A stretch of 64,000 nt of DNA. Source: Candidatus Bathyarchaeota archaeon. GTDB lineage: Archaea; Thermoproteota; Bathyarchaeia; Bathyarchaeales; Bathycorpusculaceae. The position numbers and the translations under genes are program-made. The notes under the pieces are model-generated. The model saw only the letters and a program-made list of their open reading frames with translations. It did not search any database and was not told where the DNA came from. Shown one piece after another: positions 60,430 through 64,000 of the stretch (positions are counted from its first letter, which is position 1; the number at the start of each line of letters is the position of its first letter). The stretch covers positions 288,001 through 352,000 of the forward strand of contig CAWHXY010000007.1 of assembly GCA_963833575.1 (NCBI GenBank). The letters are read 5' to 3'.

Positions 60430-62202
60430 TTGAACGATGAAGGCACATGCTCAAAACCAGAATGCGACAAATTCATAGCAATAAACGAGTTAGCCCGCAG
60501 GCGAGGATTCTTCTGGCCATCTTTCGAGATTTATGGTGGCAGCGGTGGCTTTGTAACTTACGGTCCACTTGGTGCAAGGTTGAAACAAAATATTGAGGCT
60601 AAACTCAGAGAGATTTTCGTAAAAAGAATTGGTATTTACGAAATGGAATCGTCTGTAATTGCGCCTAGCAAAGTTTTCGAGGCGTCAGGGCACATCGATC
60701 ATTTCAAGGAGCCTATGGTTGAATGCCAAAATTGTCATACTCGTTTCCGAGCTGATCATTTGCTTGAAGAAAAAGGCATCAGTTCAGCTGAAGCTGAAAA
60801 GATGACTTTAACTGAGATTAAAGACGAGATTGACCGTCATGGTTTTGTTTGTTCTGACTGCGGCGGCAAATTCGGAGAGCCTCAACGCTACTTAACCATG
60901 TTTGAAACAACAATTGGTCCTTACTCGGGCTCAGTTGGTTATGGTAGACCAGAGGCTGCGCAGAATATTTTTGTCGAGTTCAACAGGCTTTACACTGTTG
61001 CTCGCGAAAAGCTTCCTTTCGGGGCAATCCAGATAGGTCACGCTTTGCGAAATGAGATTTCGCCAAGGCAGGGCTTAATTCGTCTTAGAGAGTTTACAAT
61101 TTCCGATTTAGAGTTCTTTTTCGATCCTGAAGAACCTTGCTGCCGCTTTCTTTGTGAAGTAGAAAATGAAGTGTTGCCCATTTTGCTATGTGAAACTCGT
61201 CTGAAAGAATGCGAGGAGACAACAAACCTAACAGTCAGAGAAGCGCTTGATCGAAAAGTAATCCGATCCGAATGGCAAGCTTTTTTCATGGCAATAGCAA
61301 AGCAACTTCTTATCGAACTTGGCGTACCCGCAGAAAAGCAGCGTTTTATCGAAAAACTCACATGGGAAAAAGCGCATTATTCTAGCCAAAGCTTCGATCA
61401 AGAGGTCCTGGTCGACCGATGGGGTTGGGTAGAGGTCTCAGGACATGCTTACCGCACGGATTACGATTTATCTTGTCACATGAAAGCCAGCGGTGTTGAC
61501 ATGACGGTTTACAAGGAATATGCTAATCTAATTGAAAAAGAGGAGTTAGTTGTTAAGCCTATTATGGCCAAACTTGGTCCAATGTACAAAGGTGAAGCAG
61601 CAAAAGTAGCTGCATTGTTGTCTAAAGTTCCAGCACAAGAAGTTGTTGATTCCATGCAGAAGCAAGGCTCATTTATGATTGAAAACTATCAGATACTGCC
61701 TGAGCAAGTAGATATTAGTCGTCAAAAAATGGTTGTTCGTGGCACCAGATTTGTTCCCCATGTTGTGGAGCCCAGTTTTGGATCTGACCGTCTCTTTTAC
61801 GTTGTATTAGAATACGCTTACGGTGTCAAAGACAATCGTGTTATTATGAGTTTTCCCAGAAGCATATCGCCAATTCAAATTGGCGTTTACCCATTGATGA
61901 GCAAAGACGGCTTAGACACTAAAGCATTTGAAGTGCACAGACAATTGGCATGCGAGGGTTTTATGGTCGAACTTGACGAAGCAGGTTCCATCGGCAGGCG
62001 CTATGCAAGAGCTGATGAGGCGGGCGTTCAACTTGGACTAACTATTGATTATACTACGTTGGAAGACGGAACAGTCACTCTACGAGACCGTGACAGTTGG
62101 CTTCAAGTTCGGACATCAATAAAAGATCTACCGCAACTGCTACAGAGTTATTTCCAAGGAAAAATCAACTTCAAAGATTTAGGAACATTAATTGAAAGTT
62201 GA
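60430..62202 (+). CDS. glyS: Glycine--tRNA ligase (alpha2, archaeal/eukaryal type)
   Basis: RRRGFFWPSFEIYGG, RPEAAQ, RNEISPRQGLIRLREF, EPSFGSDR, SIGRRYARADE. Confidence 0.96.
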   Translation: MNDEGTCSKPECDKFIAINELARRRGFFWPSFEIYGGSGGFVTYGPLGARLKQNIEAKLREIFVKRIGIYEMESSVIAPSKVFEASGHIDHFKEPMVECQNCHTRFRADHLLEEKGISSAEAEKMTLTEIKDEIDRHGFVCSDCGGKFGEPQRYLTMFETTIGPYSGSVGYGRPEAAQNIFVEFNRLYTVAREKLPFGAIQIGHALRNEISPRQGLIRLREFTISDLEFFFDPEEPCCRFLCEVENEVLPILLCETRLKECEETTNLTVREALDRKVIRSEWQAFFMAIAKQLLIELGVPAEKQRFIEKLTWEKAHYSSQSFDQEVLVDRWGWVEVSGHAYRTDYDLSCHMKASGVDMTVYKEYANLIEKEELVVKPIMAKLGPMYKGEAAKVAALLSKVPAQEVVDSMQKQGSFMIENYQILPEQVDISRQKMVVRGTRFVPHVVEPSFGSDRLFYVVLEYAYGVKDNRVIMSFPRSISPIQIGVYPLMSKDGLDTKAFEVHRQLACEGFMVELDEAGSIGRRYARADEAGVQLGLTIDYTTLEDGTVTLRDRDSWLQVRTSIKDLPQLLQSYFQGKINFKDLGTLIES

Positions 62203-62274
62203 GAGCTACCTTTTTTAATAAACACTTGTTAGATACAATGTTAAATTAGGGATGGTTATTAGCGGGGGAACAAA

Positions 62275-62934
62275 ATGGTACTTCCATCAGAAACAGAAGA
62301 ACGCGTTAAGAGGAGAGCTCTGAACGTTTGCAATGACAATTTGCGGAAAGTCGTAGATGTGTCAAGAAAAATCCCTCAACTCGTAGAGTATTTTGCGAGT
62401 GGCGACAAAGAAAACGCAAGAAAACTCTTGAGCGACATAAGAACAGGTGAAGAAGAAGTCATTAAGGCGAGACGCTTGGTTTCTCAAGAACTAGCTGAAA
62501 TAGGTGCCATTCTAATTGCTCGAGAAGACTTCTTAAGATTCACAAATTTGTCAAGCGAAATAGCTGATTTTTCAGAAGGCATAGCATATTACATAGTTGA
62601 AATAATGGAGCATAACTGGTGTATTTCATCCGATGTCAAAAAAGATCTGCTCAAACTCTCTGTTGCTGTCTTAGATACCGTGCTTAAACTTAGGGAAACA
62701 ATGATGGTTCTTAACTATGGATCGCAGAAAACCTTGGAAAAAGCTAAAGATGTGGAAATCGCTGAGCGCATAGTGGACGACCAATACCGAGCATTAACCA
62801 TAAAAGTGCTTAACGGCAAACTCGACGTCTCAGTACTGCTGCTTCTAAGAGACGTCCTTCAATTGCTTGAAAACTCCGCTGACAAAGCTGAAGACGCAGC
62901 AGATGCCGCCCGAATGCTTTCCTTCATTATGTAA
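62275..62934 (+). CDS. DUF47/PhoU-like protein
   Basis: All-helical; REDFLRF, ERIVDDQYR, LENSADKAED. Confidence 0.82.
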   Translation: MVLPSETEERVKRRALNVCNDNLRKVVDVSRKIPQLVEYFASGDKENARKLLSDIRTGEEEVIKARRLVSQELAEIGAILIAREDFLRFTNLSSEIADFSEGIAYYIVEIMEHNWCISSDVKKDLLKLSVAVLDTVLKLRETMMVLNYGSQKTLEKAKDVEIAERIVDDQYRALTIKVLNGKLDVSVLLLLRDVLQLLENSADKAEDAADAARMLSFIM

Positions 62935-62948
62935 CAAGAGCGACTACG

Positions 62949-63503
62949 ATGCCGAAAATACAGGTCGAGCTCATAGAAAACTTCCTTGTAGTATGGAATT
63001 CAACTGATGGCTCGCAACTCTACAAAGCAGGATATTATGGCAAACCGCTCGGTATTCCTAAACCAAAAATCCCCGAGTTCGATGCCCCCTTAATCTTAGA
63101 TTTGATGGAAGGTTTATACTTAGTTGAAAGTAAGAAAATTGAAATTTACGAAAATCCAGGCGAGACCAGGGTTAGCCTCAAAAAGCTTACGCAGAAAGCT
63201 AAACAGTTGTATGATGAATTTGAAGAAAAATACGCTGTTTACCATGACCTTAGAGACAGCGCCTTAATTGTTACTCCAGGAATAAAGTTTGGTTGCGACT
63301 TCGCAGTTTACAAGTACGGTCCAGGCGTTGAACATGCCCCTTACATGGTTTCGGTTAAGAAGTCAGGCTCGGACATTTCAGCTACCGAAATTGTTAAAGC
63401 TGGGCGTTTAGCCACAACAGTGCGGAAACGTTTTATTATTGCTGTGCCCGATTTGGCCTCAGAAAAAGTAAAATATTTGATTTTTAAGTGGTTTAAAGCC
63501 TAG
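62949..63503 (+). CDS. endA: tRNA intron endonuclease
   Basis: VYHDLRD, GIKFGCDFAVY, EHAP, GRLATTVRK (Tyr-His-Lys triad). Confidence 0.93.
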   Translation: MPKIQVELIENFLVVWNSTDGSQLYKAGYYGKPLGIPKPKIPEFDAPLILDLMEGLYLVESKKIEIYENPGETRVSLKKLTQKAKQLYDEFEEKYAVYHDLRDSALIVTPGIKFGCDFAVYKYGPGVEHAPYMVSVKKSGSDISATEIVKAGRLATTVRKRFIIAVPDLASEKVKYLIFKWFKA

Positions 63504-63504
63504 C

Positions 63505-64000
63505 TTAGTTTGCAATTATTGTTTGATTTTGGAATTCTCCTTGAATTGTCTGGTGTGGGTAGATTTTTGATGCAGCAAGTGAGCAGCCTTCTTCTATTTT
63601 AACATCGTCTGCGATTACCGAGATGGCAGTTATTTTTGTTGGTTTGCGTTGGCTTGAGTTGACTGCGACGTGTCTGCCGATTATGCTGTCGTACACTTCT
63701 GCGTTGTCTCCAATTATTACTCTGTCCATTACTGCAGAGTTTGTTACGACGGCGTTTTTGCCTATTCTCGTAAAATTGTCAATGCATGAATTTATTATTC
63801 TTGCGCCATCTTCTATTTGGCAGTGTCTGCCGATTAAGACATCGCCTTCTAAGGTGATTTTCTTTTGTTTCATTTTTTGGATGATTTCTTGGCGGCGTTT
63901 TTCAGAGTCTCCACTTTCGCCTTGTACCCAAATTTGATTTCCTTCTGATAGTTTTTCGCCGAAATCTTTAGGTATGCAGAAGTTGCCATGCAACAGGTTT
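63505..64000 (-). CDS. C-terminal hexapeptide (LbH) part of an NDP-sugar pyrophosphorylase-like protein (start outside window)
   Basis: Repeats IGRHCQI, IGKNAVV, IGDNAEV, IGRHVAV; frame open to the window edge. Confidence 0.75.
   Translation of the reverse strand, partial: NLLHGNFCIPKDFGEKLSEGNQIWVQGESGDSEKRRQEIIQKMKQKKITLEGDVLIGRHCQIEDGARIINSCIDNFTRIGKNAVVTNSAVMDRVIIGDNAEVYDSIIGRHVAVNSSQRKPTKITAISVIADDVKIEEGCSLAASKIYPHQTIQGEFQNQTIIAN

Overview
Archaeal chromosomal window. Gene content and style (archaeal DnaG, PolB, CdvB/ESCRT-III, DGGGP synthase, EndA, C1:G72 tRNA-Tyr with BHB introns, many TTG starts, PAS-rich kinases) point to the TACK group, most plausibly Bathyarchaeia; this is inference and no search was run. 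Housekeeping genes (dnaG, polB, pyrH, pfkA, malic enzyme, ssb, glyS, endA) are mixed with five ABC exporter modules, an orphan nurA-herA pair, a 1472-aa nuclease-helicase and many small hypotheticals. No CRISPR array, transposase or integrase was seen. The most unusual items are: (1) a non-coding array of three hairpin units, AGAA-N14-GGGYGCAC-N(0-9)-TTCTTCT, directly upstream of a PolB whose proofreading exonuclease motifs look inactivated; (2) dnaG apparently starting at an ACG codon; (3) exactly phased DNA motif arrays, 12 bp at the padR promoter and 10 bp near 48.4 kb; (4) two genes broken by in-frame TAA codons; (5) a tRNA-Tyr with two introns.
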